From a virus: a DNA stretch of 64,000 bases. The notes beneath the pieces were generated by a model that saw only the letters and a list, made by a program, of their open reading frames with translations, searched no databases and was not told the origin of the DNA. The position numbers and the translations under genes are program-made. Positions 54,379 through 63,881 of this stretch are shown piece by piece. Location: positions 5,710 through 69,709 of IMG/VR virus record IMGVR_UViG_3300014501_000015; one strand, given 5' to 3'. Numbering within the stretch: the first letter of the stretch is position 1; every line of letters begins with the position of its first letter.

Positions 54379-55602
54379 ATGCCCATCTATGGCGGCATCA
54401 CCCCCATCTCGATCCCCGGCGAGGTCGTGGCCAATCCGGTCGCGGTCACGTTGGCCTACACCTACGGCGCCATCGCCATCAGCCCGGACGGGACTACCGC
54501 CTACGTTGTGGCCTACGGGACGGGCGGCTCTTACGTGATCCCGGTCGCCCTTCCCAGTGGGGTTGCTGAGCCACCGATCTTCATTTCCGAGCCGGGCGGC
54601 GACATTGGAGACATTGCAATCTCCCCTGACGGGTCGACGCTTTATATAACAGCGCCTGGGGTCTATCCCGGCATCATCGTCGTGCTCCATCTCCTTCTGG
54701 ATGCGGTGTCCTCATTCACGGTAGCGGGTGCAACCTCGACCGAATCCATTGTTATCACTCCCGACGGGGGCACGGCCTACATAACGGACTCAGGAGGCGG
54801 GGCCATAATCGCCGTCGACCTTGCCACGACTATCGGAACGTCGCTGGCGGTGGACGGTCAGGCTCTCGTTATCAGCCCCGACGGATCCACGCTGTACGTG
54901 GCATCTGCCAACAACGTGGCGGTGGTGGACATCGCCACTGACACCGTGACGACCACCATTGATGTCTACGATGGCGGGGTTTACATCACCGCCATCGCCA
55001 TCACTCCCGACGGGAGCACGGCGTATGTGACTCCCAGCACCGGGGGAGGCGCAGAAGCCATAGACTTGGGTACCAACACCATCATTGGCCCGGTCGCAGG
55101 AGGGTTCCTCCCTGGCGGTGTCACGGGGTTGCTGTGTAACGACTCCACCCTGTTCGCTTCCACCTCTGGCGACGCCATCCTTCCCACTGCGGACATATCC
55201 ACGAACACTGTCGGGGCAACGGTTGATATGGGATCGGGTGCAGCCGTTGGACCGATGGCACTCTCTCTTGACGGGACCACGCTGTACGTCATCTGTCAGG
55301 CCAGAGTGTTCGTGTCCCCGCTCAGCCCCACCAACGGCCCGACGACGGGAGCTACTGCCGTCACCGTGAATGGGTCCGGGTTCTACCGTGTGAGCAGCGT
55401 CACGTTCGGGGCCGTCCCCGCGGCCTCCTTTACCATTGTCACGCCCGAGACTGAGATCCTCGCGGTGTCCCCGCCGGGGACCGGAGCCGTGGAAGTGGTC
55501 GTGGAAACGCCGTGGGGTCCGAGCGGCCCCGTGGGGACTAACTCCGACGAGTTCACCTACACCGCTCCTCCTGGAGCCTGGACTGTGGGAATGATCCCGT
55601 GA
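54379..55602 (+). CDS. beta-propeller + IPT/TIG domain protein
   Basis: 'ISPDG..YV' repeats; 'SPTNGPTTGATAVTVNGSGF..VSSVTFG...FTY'. Confidence 0.8.
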   Translation: MPIYGGITPISIPGEVVANPVAVTLAYTYGAIAISPDGTTAYVVAYGTGGSYVIPVALPSGVAEPPIFISEPGGDIGDIAISPDGSTLYITAPGVYPGIIVVLHLLLDAVSSFTVAGATSTESIVITPDGGTAYITDSGGGAIIAVDLATTIGTSLAVDGQALVISPDGSTLYVASANNVAVVDIATDTVTTTIDVYDGGVYITAIAITPDGSTAYVTPSTGGGAEAIDLGTNTIIGPVAGGFLPGGVTGLLCNDSTLFASTSGDAILPTADISTNTVGATVDMGSGAAVGPMALSLDGTTLYVICQARVFVSPLSPTNGPTTGATAVTVNGSGFYRVSSVTFGAVPAASFTIVTPETEILAVSPPGTGAVEVVVETPWGPSGPVGTNSDEFTYTAPPGAWTVGMIP

Positions 55603-55661
55603 ATCGCCTTCCGGCACGGCTAGCATCGCAGCCAACACTCCCACGAGAGAGGATTCCCCCC

Positions 55662-55946
55662 ATGGACGATGACATCGAAACAGCCGAGCCAGATGATGAG
55701 ACTCCGGTCGAGGAGACTCCCGACGCTCCCACTCCCGAGCCGGAGCTCGACCAGCCCGCAGGGAGCGACCAGCCCGCCCAACCGGGGCAGAGCGTTGACG
55801 ACGACGAGGCCGGCGTGCAACCTGAACCGACGCCTGTCGGGCACGGAATCGTGCAGGATAACGTGACTCAGGAAGGCGTGCAGACTACCAAGACGGCGGA
55901 CGGCACGGTCACCGGGGAGACAACCGCGGACGACCTTGCCTCCTAG
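55662..55946 (+). CDS. acidic low-complexity protein
   Basis: GAGAGG RBS before ATG 55662. Confidence 0.5.
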   Translation: MDDDIETAEPDDETPVEETPDAPTPEPELDQPAGSDQPAQPGQSVDDDEAGVQPEPTPVGHGIVQDNVTQEGVQTTKTADGTVTGETTADDLAS

Positions 55947-56256
55947 CCTGGTCACAGTCACCCACGCCTGGGAGTTGGCCGACGGCAGTACGCCCAATGG
56001 GTCCGTTCAATTCTCCCTGAACATCCAGTCGGAGGGCGCACAAGGAACGACGGTCGACACTGGCCCGATCATCGCCGAGTTGGTCAATGGCGCCATCTCT
56101 CAACCGCTGGTAGCCAATGTCGATGAAAACGCCGACCCCGATGGGAGTTGGTATTGGGTTGAGGAATCGGTCATCGGCTCGGTGCCGGTCGCCTATCCAG
56201 TGACGATCACGCCCGATGGCCCGACGGATCTTCACGCGCTCCGCGAGATTTCCTGA
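55936..56256 (+). CDS. hypothetical beta-rich protein
   Basis: 'DGSTPNGSVQF...L.AN.D....P.G.WY.VEE'. Confidence 0.55.
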   Translation: MPPSLVTVTHAWELADGSTPNGSVQFSLNIQSEGAQGTTVDTGPIIAELVNGAISQPLVANVDENADPDGSWYWVEESVIGSVPVAYPVTITPDGPTDLHALREIS

Positions 56257-56312
56257 TCGGACGGGCCAGGTCATCCACGATTGCTGAGAGTGTGCTATGT
56301 AGGCTACGGCGC

Positions 56313-57239
56313 ATGACCGACACCTCTACCCCGGCCCGCGTCCCAGGTTTACGAGGACGGCTGCCCGCGGTCTTCCCCCCCGAGTTGCAGACGATGGCTG
56401 CGTACCTGGTCACGCCACTCCCGACGCCGAAATACCCGATCGACGTTTCGGGCGGCGCCACATTTGCGATGGACGGTAACGGCCCAGATCCAACCTTGAC
56501 GGTCAACGGTGGCAACCCGTGCGGTGACTGTGGATTCGCCGGCATGAGTCACAAGCGCACCGCCGACGCGGCCTGCGGCCACGAAGCCTCGTTCGTACCC
56601 GACACTTCTGATGAGGTCGTGACTGAGTACCTGGCCTTTGACAACGGACAGGATCAGGGCGTGGTCGTGAGCGCCATGATGAACGCTTGGTTCTCGTCAG
56701 GGTTCTTCGGTCAGAAGATCGCCGGATACGTGCCGATCCGTGTGTCGGACATCGACGCGGCGCTCGGTGTATTCGGCGCCATCATCTGTGGCGTCAATCT
56801 CACTGACGATGCCGACCAACTGTTCAGCGAGGGCCTGCCGTGGACGGTAGCGAACGGCGAAGTCCCCGACCCGAACGAAGGGCATGTGATCGTCAAGGTT
56901 CGCTCAACCGTTGACGAGGACACATATGTCACCTGGGGCGCGCTTCAACCGGCCACGAAGGAATGGAGCGCAGCCTGCATCGAGGAAGCGTGGGGGGTAG
57001 TTGACTCGCAGATGGCAGCCAACGCGCAGATGAACTTGACCGCGCTGCTCAACGACATCCGTTCCATCGGTGGCGGACAAGTGCAAGCTCCGGCTCCGGT
57101 GTCGAATGGTGCTCCCCCGGCACCGGGGCCGGTCGTTGCGATTGAAGATGCAATCGAGCACGAGGCCGAGACGGTCATCCACGATGTCGAGCAGTTCGCC
57201 GAGGATGAGATCGCCAAGATCGAGCACAAGCTCCCGTGA
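56313..57239 (+). CDS. putative papain-fold cysteine peptidase
   Basis: 'GDCGFAG..H', 'DQG', 'GHVIV', 'TWG' in catalytic-type order. Confidence 0.55.
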   Translation: MTDTSTPARVPGLRGRLPAVFPPELQTMAAYLVTPLPTPKYPIDVSGGATFAMDGNGPDPTLTVNGGNPCGDCGFAGMSHKRTADAACGHEASFVPDTSDEVVTEYLAFDNGQDQGVVVSAMMNAWFSSGFFGQKIAGYVPIRVSDIDAALGVFGAIICGVNLTDDADQLFSEGLPWTVANGEVPDPNEGHVIVKVRSTVDEDTYVTWGALQPATKEWSAACIEEAWGVVDSQMAANAQMNLTALLNDIRSIGGGQVQAPAPVSNGAPPAPGPVVAIEDAIEHEAETVIHDVEQFAEDEIAKIEHKLP

Positions 57240-57535
57240 TGCCCGAGGCCGCTTGGCAGTTGGACGCGGCCTGTCGGCACATCGACCCTGACGCATTCTT
57301 TACGAACCGGGGCGAGCACCCGAGTCCAGTTGCCCTAGAAGCCTGCGCCCACTGCCCTGTCTCTGATCCTTGCTTGGATCACGCCCTTCGCCACGAAACC
57401 CACGGTCTGTGGGCCGGCACGTCCGAGCGAGAACGGCGACGGATGCGACGGGCACTTGGCATCCGAGTTCACAAGCCGAGGTCGTATCTCGGAACGGTGA
57501 CGGAGATTCGCAAGGAGCGGGCGCTGTGCTCGTAA
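57236..57535 (+). CDS. whiB: WhiB family transcription factor
   Basis: 'W...AAC...DPDAFF...C..CPV...CL..AL....GLWAGTSERERR'. Confidence 0.92.
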   Translation: MMPEAAWQLDAACRHIDPDAFFTNRGEHPSPVALEACAHCPVSDPCLDHALRHETHGLWAGTSERERRRMRRALGIRVHKPRSYLGTVTEIRKERALCS

Positions 57536-58524
57536 CTGCCCTGCCCGGATTCATCGTCGATTTAAGCTCGAACAACACTCACCCAATTGACTACGCCGCC
57601 GCCAAGGCAGCCGGTGTCATCGCCGCCATCATCAAGGCCACGGACGGGACGGGGTATACCAACCCCTACTTCGCCGAGGACGCTGCGGGCTTTGAGGCGG
57701 TCGGGGTCCCGGTCCTTGCCTACCACTTCGCCGAATTCACCGACGCTGCCGCCGAAGCCACCCACTTTGTCTCGGTCGCCGGCTCACGGGCCCGGGTGCT
57801 CGACAGCGAGACCAACACCGATGTCGCCTGGCAGAACGCCTTCCTGGCCGCGCTCAATCTCCCCGCCGACGAGGAGATGGACTACGGCTCGGCATCGACT
57901 CTCCCGCAGTCGGGCATCCGAGCCCTTCTGTGGCCGGCGAGCTACGGGAAGAACTACGGGTTCGGGGACTGTTGGCAGTTTACCGAAACTCAGTCAGTGA
58001 ACGGTATCCACGGCAACGTGGACGCCTCGGAATGGATCGGAAGCCAAGCTGACTTCGATGCCCTGTTCAATATCGCAGCACCGCCCGCGCCGCAGAAAGT
58101 AGGAACCGACATGGCCTTTGAAGACCCGACCGGCGGTATCGCCGTCGTCCGCCCAAACGGAGGGGTGTACAACTTCTTCGGTTCCCAGTACCACGGGTCG
58201 CTAGGGCAGATCAATCCAGCCCTGCCGCCCGGTGGCACTAACGCCGCGACGCCCGCCGCACCCATCGTGGGAGGTGCCTATACGAAGACGGGCGCCGGCT
58301 ACTGGCTGGTCGGGTCGGATGGCGGGATCTTCGCCTTCGGAGACGCTGGCTTTCACGGGTCGAGTCCCGGTAACCCGGCGTGGATCAAGCCCGTCGTGGG
58401 CATCGCCCGAGATGACCGATACCAGAACGGTTACATCATCGTGGCTGATGACGGTGCCTCGGAGCCGGAACTGTACGCGTGCAATGAGATCAACAATTAC
58501 GCGGCTGAACTGGTGGTCAGCTAG
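57526..58524 (+). CDS. GH25 lysozyme endolysin with C-terminal binding repeat
   Basis: 'VDLSSN', 'IKATDGTGYTNPYF', 'AYHF', 'LDSE', 'WQFT', 'VDAS'; 'GYWLVGSDGGIFAFGDAGFHGS'. Confidence 0.85.
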   Translation: MLVTALPGFIVDLSSNNTHPIDYAAAKAAGVIAAIIKATDGTGYTNPYFAEDAAGFEAVGVPVLAYHFAEFTDAAAEATHFVSVAGSRARVLDSETNTDVAWQNAFLAALNLPADEEMDYGSASTLPQSGIRALLWPASYGKNYGFGDCWQFTETQSVNGIHGNVDASEWIGSQADFDALFNIAAPPAPQKVGTDMAFEDPTGGIAVVRPNGGVYNFFGSQYHGSLGQINPALPPGGTNAATPAAPIVGGAYTKTGAGYWLVGSDGGIFAFGDAGFHGSSPGNPAWIKPVVGIARDDRYQNGYIIVADDGASEPELYACNEINNYAAELVVS

Positions 58525-58955
58525 TGCATTGGCTGTGGTCATTTTGGTATGGGTACATGTGGCCGTCGCTCAAGGGAAATGGCCCCGAGGCGGCGGCGCA
58601 AACTGTCGTCTATGGCGCCATCGCTATCATCTTCGTACCCGCGGTGCGCCGGTTCATCAAGCGTGAACTGGGCAAAATCCATGCCAAGATCGATCAGGCG
58701 CATCAAGCCTTGCAAGCGCACCATGACCAAGACGTCGCCGAGCGTGCCGAACTCAAGCGACATCTGGCGCACATCATCTCTAATACCCCCGGCATTCCTG
58801 ACCTGCCGCCTGTCGGAGAGCTGGATGCAATCCCGTTCACGTTCGGGAAGGCCCGACCGCCTGATCCACCGGCACCGGTCAAAGCTAAGAAGAAGTCCGC
58901 TGCCAAAAAGCTTGTACGACCGACCTCGAAGCCTCGGGTCAAGAAGAAGGCCTAG
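58524..58955 (+). CDS. membrane protein (lysis region)
   Basis: TM segment, coiled coil, Lys-rich tail. Confidence 0.55.
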   Translation: MHWLWSFWYGYMWPSLKGNGPEAAAQTVVYGAIAIIFVPAVRRFIKRELGKIHAKIDQAHQALQAHHDQDVAERAELKRHLAHIISNTPGIPDLPPVGELDAIPFTFGKARPPDPPAPVKAKKKSAAKKLVRPTSKPRVKKKA

Positions 58956-58980
58956 TCCACCCACCAACGAAGGAGCCACT

Positions 58981-59271
58981 ATGACCAAGCTCGGGACCAC
59001 ACCCAGCGCCGCGACCCTGCCTACCTGGACCGACGCGGCCAGCGTCACGTCCTATCTGACCTCATTCGCAACGGGCGCCGTCGCTCTCATCGTCGCTCTC
59101 CACCCCGGTTGGCGCGAGCCCGCGGTTGTGCAGTCGGTTATCCCTGCCGTCGGGCTGCTGATTGCCGGCGGTGCTCAGGTGTTCAACCTCGTCACCCACC
59201 GCTCCGCGCAGAAGGCTGCCATCGTCTCTCAGGGCGTTGTCGCTGCTGCTGTCGGCGCCAAGGCACCGTGA
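58981..59271 (+). CDS. holin-like membrane protein
   Basis: Two TM segments, GAAGGAG RBS, near the endolysin. Confidence 0.55.
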   Translation: MTKLGTTPSAATLPTWTDAASVTSYLTSFATGAVALIVALHPGWREPAVVQSVIPAVGLLIAGGAQVFNLVTHRSAQKAAIVSQGVVAAAVGAKAP

Positions 59272-59432
59272 CCGCACCACTTTGGCGCCCGTGCCCCCAC
59301 GGAGACACGGCGTGCCCCTGCCAGGACGTGATCGACGGTCGGCGTGACCCGTGCCACTACGAAGGACCCGACCCGATGCGCTGCCCGACCACTGGAATCA
59401 TCGGCTGCACGGAATGTGAGGGGGAAGAATGA
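59268..59432 (+). CDS. small Cys-rich protein
   Basis: 'CPH...CPCQD....DPCHY'; GTGA coupling. Confidence 0.5.
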   Translation: MTAPLWRPCPHGDTACPCQDVIDGRRDPCHYEGPDPMRCPTTGIIGCTECEGEE

Positions 59433-59463
59433 GCGCGCCGCTTGACAGGTTGGAGCGACCAGG

Positions 59464-59787
59464 GTGACCCTCGGGGTCCTTATTGCTCTATTGGCCGGGA
59501 CCGTAATCCCGGCACTCACCGCGGCGGTGACTCGTGAAACCGCCAGCGCGAGGATGAAGGCAGCGATAGCTGCGGTGTTCTCAGTCTCGGCCGGAGCGGT
59601 CGCCACCGTCGCTACCACCCCGCCGCGAGGGACCTCGCAATGGGAGCAGTTGGTCGGCACCATCCTGCTCGCTTGGGTAGCCAGTGCCAGTGCCTACAGT
59701 TTCGGGTGGAAGCCGACCGGTGCAGTGAAGGTCATCGTCCGGGCGACTGCCGGATTCGGCATTGGACCTCGGAGTGATACCGGATAA
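59464..59787 (+). CDS. holin-like membrane protein
   Basis: Three hydrophobic segments; 'GTVIPAL..VT...K', 'FGWKPTG'. Confidence 0.6.
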   Translation: MTLGVLIALLAGTVIPALTAAVTRETASARMKAAIAAVFSVSAGAVATVATTPPRGTSQWEQLVGTILLAWVASASAYSFGWKPTGAVKVIVRATAGFGIGPRSDTG

Positions 59788-60076
59788 TCCGGCCAGGGCA
59801 CCGGCCTCCGGTGGGGGACCGAGCGACGCGACGACTTCGCATTTGCTGTGAGTCAAGCGCCAGAAGCGCACCCACCACCCACCCGTTCTCGCGTATGCTG
59901 GCCTTCTCCTCGCCGCGCCGCTACGTGGCGAGTGGAAGCGGGCGTCATGTCCCTAGCTTCCCTTGTTGGACATTGGCCGGGGCCTCTTCTCGAATTGGGG
60001 TCCCGGCCAGTGTCTTTTCGGTCCCGCCCCTTCGCCGGATAGGATGCTATACTCCTGTCCCAACAAGGAGAACCAC

Positions 60077-60256
60077 ATGGCCGAACCATCCCGCCGACGA
60101 ATCTTCCTCTCGCCCTGGCCCTGGGCCGTGCTCGCCGTCCTCGGAGGCGCTGCCTTTCTTACGACCCACGCCTGGTACCGCTGGGTGGACCTGCTGCTCA
60201 TGATCGAGGGCGCCGTGTTCTTCGCTGTCTTCGCCAGTCGACGGTGGATGTCGTGA
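60077..60256 (+). CDS. small two-TM membrane protein
   Basis: TATACT box and AAGGAG RBS upstream. Confidence 0.55.
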   Translation: MAEPSRRRIFLSPWPWAVLAVLGGAAFLTTHAWYRWVDLLLMIEGAVFFAVFASRRWMS

Positions 60257-60666
60257 GCCGCCTATGGACCGGGCTCCTCTGGCTACCGGCGCCAACCGTT
60301 GACGGCCGCACGATTCGGCGAGGCGCTCTCCGCTTCGACGGACGAGCGCGGTTGATGGCGATGATCGGCCAGGAGGCGCTCACTGTAGGAGCCATCACCA
60401 ACGTGTGGCAGGTCCAAGGCGCCGGGATGGCAGTGGGATGGGCCGATGACTCAGTGGCACCCGGCGTATACCAGATCGGCATCGACGTCGCCGAAGCGGA
60501 AACGGAGATCACTGGATGGGAGAACTGGCGTCAGGGTTCGCCGGGGCCAGATGTGATTGAGATGACCATCAATAGCGGGCAACTGCGAGCCGTGACCATC
60601 TTGGCCCCCGGAGGGATACCCGCGTGGCCGGGAGCAGAGATCCGGGTCCACGAGGTCAAGATATGA
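60253..60666 (+). CDS. hypothetical protein resembling the N-terminal domain of the 25128 protein
   Basis: 'PTVDGRTI', 'VGAI', 'LRAVTI....PAW' echo 'RTDDGREI', 'GRID', 'ATIVPIPA'. Confidence 0.5.
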   Translation: MSRLWTGLLWLPAPTVDGRTIRRGALRFDGRARLMAMIGQEALTVGAITNVWQVQGAGMAVGWADDSVAPGVYQIGIDVAEAETEITGWENWRQGSPGPDVIEMTINSGQLRAVTILAPGGIPAWPGAEIRVHEVKI

Positions 60667-60827
60667 CTGACCACCTCGACCCCACCCCTGACGCCGTGGC
60701 GACCTTCGGCCAATGGTGTCGCGACAACGGCTTCGACCCCGTCAGCCGTACATATTCTCCCGACCCGACCGAGGCGCTCGACCCCGATATAAGCCCAGGT
60801 CAGGTGCCTGTCACACCTCGTCCGTAA
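60663..60827 (+). CDS. small hypothetical protein
   Basis: GAGG RBS, ATGA coupling. Confidence 0.45.
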   Translation: MTDHLDPTPDAVATFGQWCRDNGFDPVSRTYSPDPTEALDPDISPGQVPVTPRP

Positions 60828-60905
60828 TGTCTCATCTATACCAACCAAACAAGGAGAGAAGCACATGAACGTTGTGGCCGTGATCGAAGACGGAGAGGTG
60901 AAGTC

Positions 60906-61844
60906 ATGACCATCGAAGACACCATCGGAACCATCACCAAGCACGCTGACATCGTGCTCGACGACACCCTGACCACTCCCCGCGAGGTGTGGCTAGAGAA
61001 ACGCCGGGAGGGGATTGGCGGCTCTGATGCCGCAGCATCTCTCGGGCTGAATCCCTGGAAGTCCCCTTATGCCCTCTTCGAGGACAAAGCCCATGGAATC
61101 GCTAGTGATGAGGACAACGAGCGGATGGAGTGGGGCCGTCGCCTGGAGGCTCCAATCGTCCAGGCATACGGGGAGCGGACCTCCACCGAGGTCAGTCCTT
61201 ACCCGGTCATGCTTCGCTCCAAGGACTACCCGTGGATGCAGGTCAACCTGGATGCCGTCGGTACCGACCTCGCGGTCGAGGCCAAGAACGTCGGCCTACG
61301 GATGGCCGGCGAATGGAACGACGGCGCGGTGCCTGACCACTACATGCTCCAGGGAATGCACGAACTGGCGGTCACCGGATTGCCGATGGTCGTGTTCGCC
61401 GTTCTCATCGGAGGCCAGGAACTGCGGCTCATCGAAGTGGAGCGGAACGAGACTCTCATCGACGACGTGATCGAGCAGGAGAAGCGGTTTTGGGATCTAG
61501 TGGAATCTGACACCGCTCCCGGCATCGACGGCACCGCATCCACCGCCGAGGCGCTGAAGCTCCGCTATCCCCTTCCCGAGCCAGGGGCTGAAGTCGAGTT
61601 AATCCCCGAGGAGATCCTGCCTCTTATCGAAACCCGAGCCAGGCTCAAGATCGCGGAGAAGCAGGCGAAGGAGGATCTCGTCAGCATCGAGAATGGCATC
61701 AAGGCGATGTTGGGAAATGCCGAGATCGGCACAGTAAACGGCATCGCCGTCGTCAGTTGGAAACGAGTCGAGCGCGCGGGATACACCGTCGCGCCGACTG
61801 AGTACCGCACTATCCGAGTTCCATCCAACAAGAAGGGCAAGTAA
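60906..61844 (+). CDS. YqaJ-like (lambda exonuclease family) viral recombinase nuclease
   Basis: 'WLEKRREGIGGSDAAA.LGLNPWKS', 'WGRRLE', 'NLD', 'VEAK', 'VPDHY.LQ'. Confidence 0.9.
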   Translation: MTIEDTIGTITKHADIVLDDTLTTPREVWLEKRREGIGGSDAAASLGLNPWKSPYALFEDKAHGIASDEDNERMEWGRRLEAPIVQAYGERTSTEVSPYPVMLRSKDYPWMQVNLDAVGTDLAVEAKNVGLRMAGEWNDGAVPDHYMLQGMHELAVTGLPMVVFAVLIGGQELRLIEVERNETLIDDVIEQEKRFWDLVESDTAPGIDGTASTAEALKLRYPLPEPGAEVELIPEEILPLIETRARLKIAEKQAKEDLVSIENGIKAMLGNAEIGTVNGIAVVSWKRVERAGYTVAPTEYRTIRVPSNKKGK

Positions 61845-61848
61845 CCAC

Positions 61849-63165
61849 ATGACCACCACCACCCAAGGCACCACCACCGACCTCGCCCAGCGAGTTGCAG
61901 AGAAGGGAGCCGCGCCTCTCGCGGTCGGCAAGACCATCCAGCAGGAGATCCGCGAGTTGGAGCCACAGTTCAAAGCCGGGCTGGCCGGGATGATCGACCC
62001 GCAGCGGTTCATGCGAATCATATTTACCGAGCTACGCAACAAGCCGGACCTTCTGGAATGCACGCGGGAATCCGTCCTCGGAGCCGTCATGCAGAGCGCG
62101 CAGCTTGGTCTGGAATTCGGCCCGTTGCAGCACGCCTACCTTGTCCCGTTCCGCAATCACGGCACCCTGGAATGCCAGTTCATGATCGGATACCGGGGCT
62201 ACATAGATTTGGCCCGTCGAAGCGGTGAGGTCAAGGACATCGTGGCCGTCGAGGTCTACCAGAACGACGAGTTTGATTTCTACCGCGATGAGAACGGCGA
62301 CCATCTCATGCATCGCCCTCTGCTCGAAGGTGACCGAGGAGCGATCACCCATTACTACGGGCGGGTCATCTATACCAACGGTGGTAACCACGTCCACGCG
62401 ATGACGCTGGCCGACATCGACGAGCGCCGGCAACGGTCGGCTACCGCCAACTCCAGCCGCTCGCCGTGGAAAAGTGACCCGATTCCGATGAGCCGCAAGA
62501 CCGTGATTAGGGCTCTGGTGCCGTGGCTCCCGTTGACCACCGAGGTCGCCGAACGCATCGGATCGGACGAGGCCGTCGTTCGCTACCGCCCGCAGCAGAG
62601 TGAGGATCTCGGGATTGAGTTTCCCGACGCGGTTGCCTTGGAATCTCAGGTCAGACAGGGGGTCGGAGCCGTCAAGTCCGATGAGCGGGAGGACGCTGAG
62701 GAGCAGATGGAAGCACTGCTCACCGAAGCTGCCGACCGCAAGCAGGCCGAGCGGTGGCTCGTCGCGACCCACGGCTCGCTCCCCAATCTGGACGACGCAC
62801 ACCTGGCGGCGGCGATCGACGGGCTGAAGGTGTGGCTCGACGAACCCGCTGAGGGTGCCTCGGATGCCCCGACGGAGGAATCCCGCTCGACAGGGACTGT
62901 AACGCCCCCAGTGGACGCTGAGGCCCGCCCAGTGGAATCTGAGGCCAAAGACAAGGGCAAGGGCAAGCTCGACATCCTCGCCGCCGAGGCCGTGAGGCTG
63001 GTGACGGGGATGAAGGGTCCACAGGTCAAGTCGACCCTCGCCCAGTTCCGCACCGAGGACGACCCGCCCGTACCCATCGAGGTCGGTGGTCAGAAGTCTC
63101 TGCTCATCACCATCCTTGAGCGGGAACTGCGGGCGGAAAACCCCGCGGTTAGGGATTTATTTTGA
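61849..63165 (+). CDS. recT: RecT single-strand annealing protein with C-terminal extension
   Basis: 'L.ECT.ESVLGAVM.SAQLGLE', 'AYLVPF', 'QFMIGYRGYIDLARRSG', 'PW.SD..PMSRKTVIR'. Confidence 0.9.
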   Translation: MTTTTQGTTTDLAQRVAEKGAAPLAVGKTIQQEIRELEPQFKAGLAGMIDPQRFMRIIFTELRNKPDLLECTRESVLGAVMQSAQLGLEFGPLQHAYLVPFRNHGTLECQFMIGYRGYIDLARRSGEVKDIVAVEVYQNDEFDFYRDENGDHLMHRPLLEGDRGAITHYYGRVIYTNGGNHVHAMTLADIDERRQRSATANSSRSPWKSDPIPMSRKTVIRALVPWLPLTTEVAERIGSDEAVVRYRPQQSEDLGIEFPDAVALESQVRQGVGAVKSDEREDAEEQMEALLTEAADRKQAERWLVATHGSLPNLDDAHLAAAIDGLKVWLDEPAEGASDAPTEESRSTGTVTPPVDAEARPVESEAKDKGKGKLDILAAEAVRLVTGMKGPQVKSTLAQFRTEDDPPVPIEVGGQKSLLITILERELRAENPAVRDLF

Positions 63166-63881
63166 GCGCGGCCCGCTGGTACGAGCAGTCGATGTGCGGG
63201 TTCGATCTTGAATCCACTTCTGTCAATCCCTTCTCTGCCCGCCCCTGTTCTTATGGCCTCGTCCTAGTTGAACCCGGCCGGGTCAGGATCGATTCACGAA
63301 TCGTGAATCCCGATATGCCGATCCCGCCGGAGGCCACGGAGATCCACGGCATCACCGACAAGGAGGCTGGCGAAGGGATGCCGCTGGACGAAGCCATCGA
63401 GTATCTGGTGGCGAAGATCAAACGACTGACCCGCGAGGGAATCCCCATCGTCACGATGAACGGTTCCTATGATGCGACGATCATCGAGAGCCAGGCCAAG
63501 CGGCTCGGGTTGCCGACGCTCATGGACGACTTCTGGGACGGCCCGATGCTCGACCTGTTCGTGCTCGACCGTCACGTCGACAAGTGGAGGAAGGGCAAAC
63601 GCAAACTCGCCGACCTCTGCGAGCACTACGGAGTGAAGCCCGAGGAACTCCACGACGCCGCCAGCGACGCCCTCGGGTCTGTCCTCTGCGTCCAGGCCCT
63701 CGCGGCCAAGTACCCGAACATCGCCCGCTACGAACCCGCCGATCTCCATCGGCTCCAGGTCAAGTGGCGATGCGAGCAGCAGGAGAGCCTCAGCGAGTAT
63801 CTCGTCAGCAGTGGCGAGCCGGCGATATCTCCGGGGGAGATGAGCTGGCCGATTCAGACCCAGCCGGAGCCGGTCCAATGA
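63162..63881 (+). CDS. DEDDh 3'-5' exonuclease (DnaQ-like)
   Basis: 'FDLEST', 'HGITD', 'NGSYD', 'LHDAASDA'. Confidence 0.9.
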   Translation: MSAARWYEQSMCGFDLESTSVNPFSARPCSYGLVLVEPGRVRIDSRIVNPDMPIPPEATEIHGITDKEAGEGMPLDEAIEYLVAKIKRLTREGIPIVTMNGSYDATIIESQAKRLGLPTLMDDFWDGPMLDLFVLDRHVDKWRKGKRKLADLCEHYGVKPEELHDAASDALGSVLCVQALAAKYPNIARYEPADLHRLQVKWRCEQQESLSEYLVSSGEPAISPGEMSWPIQTQPEPVQ

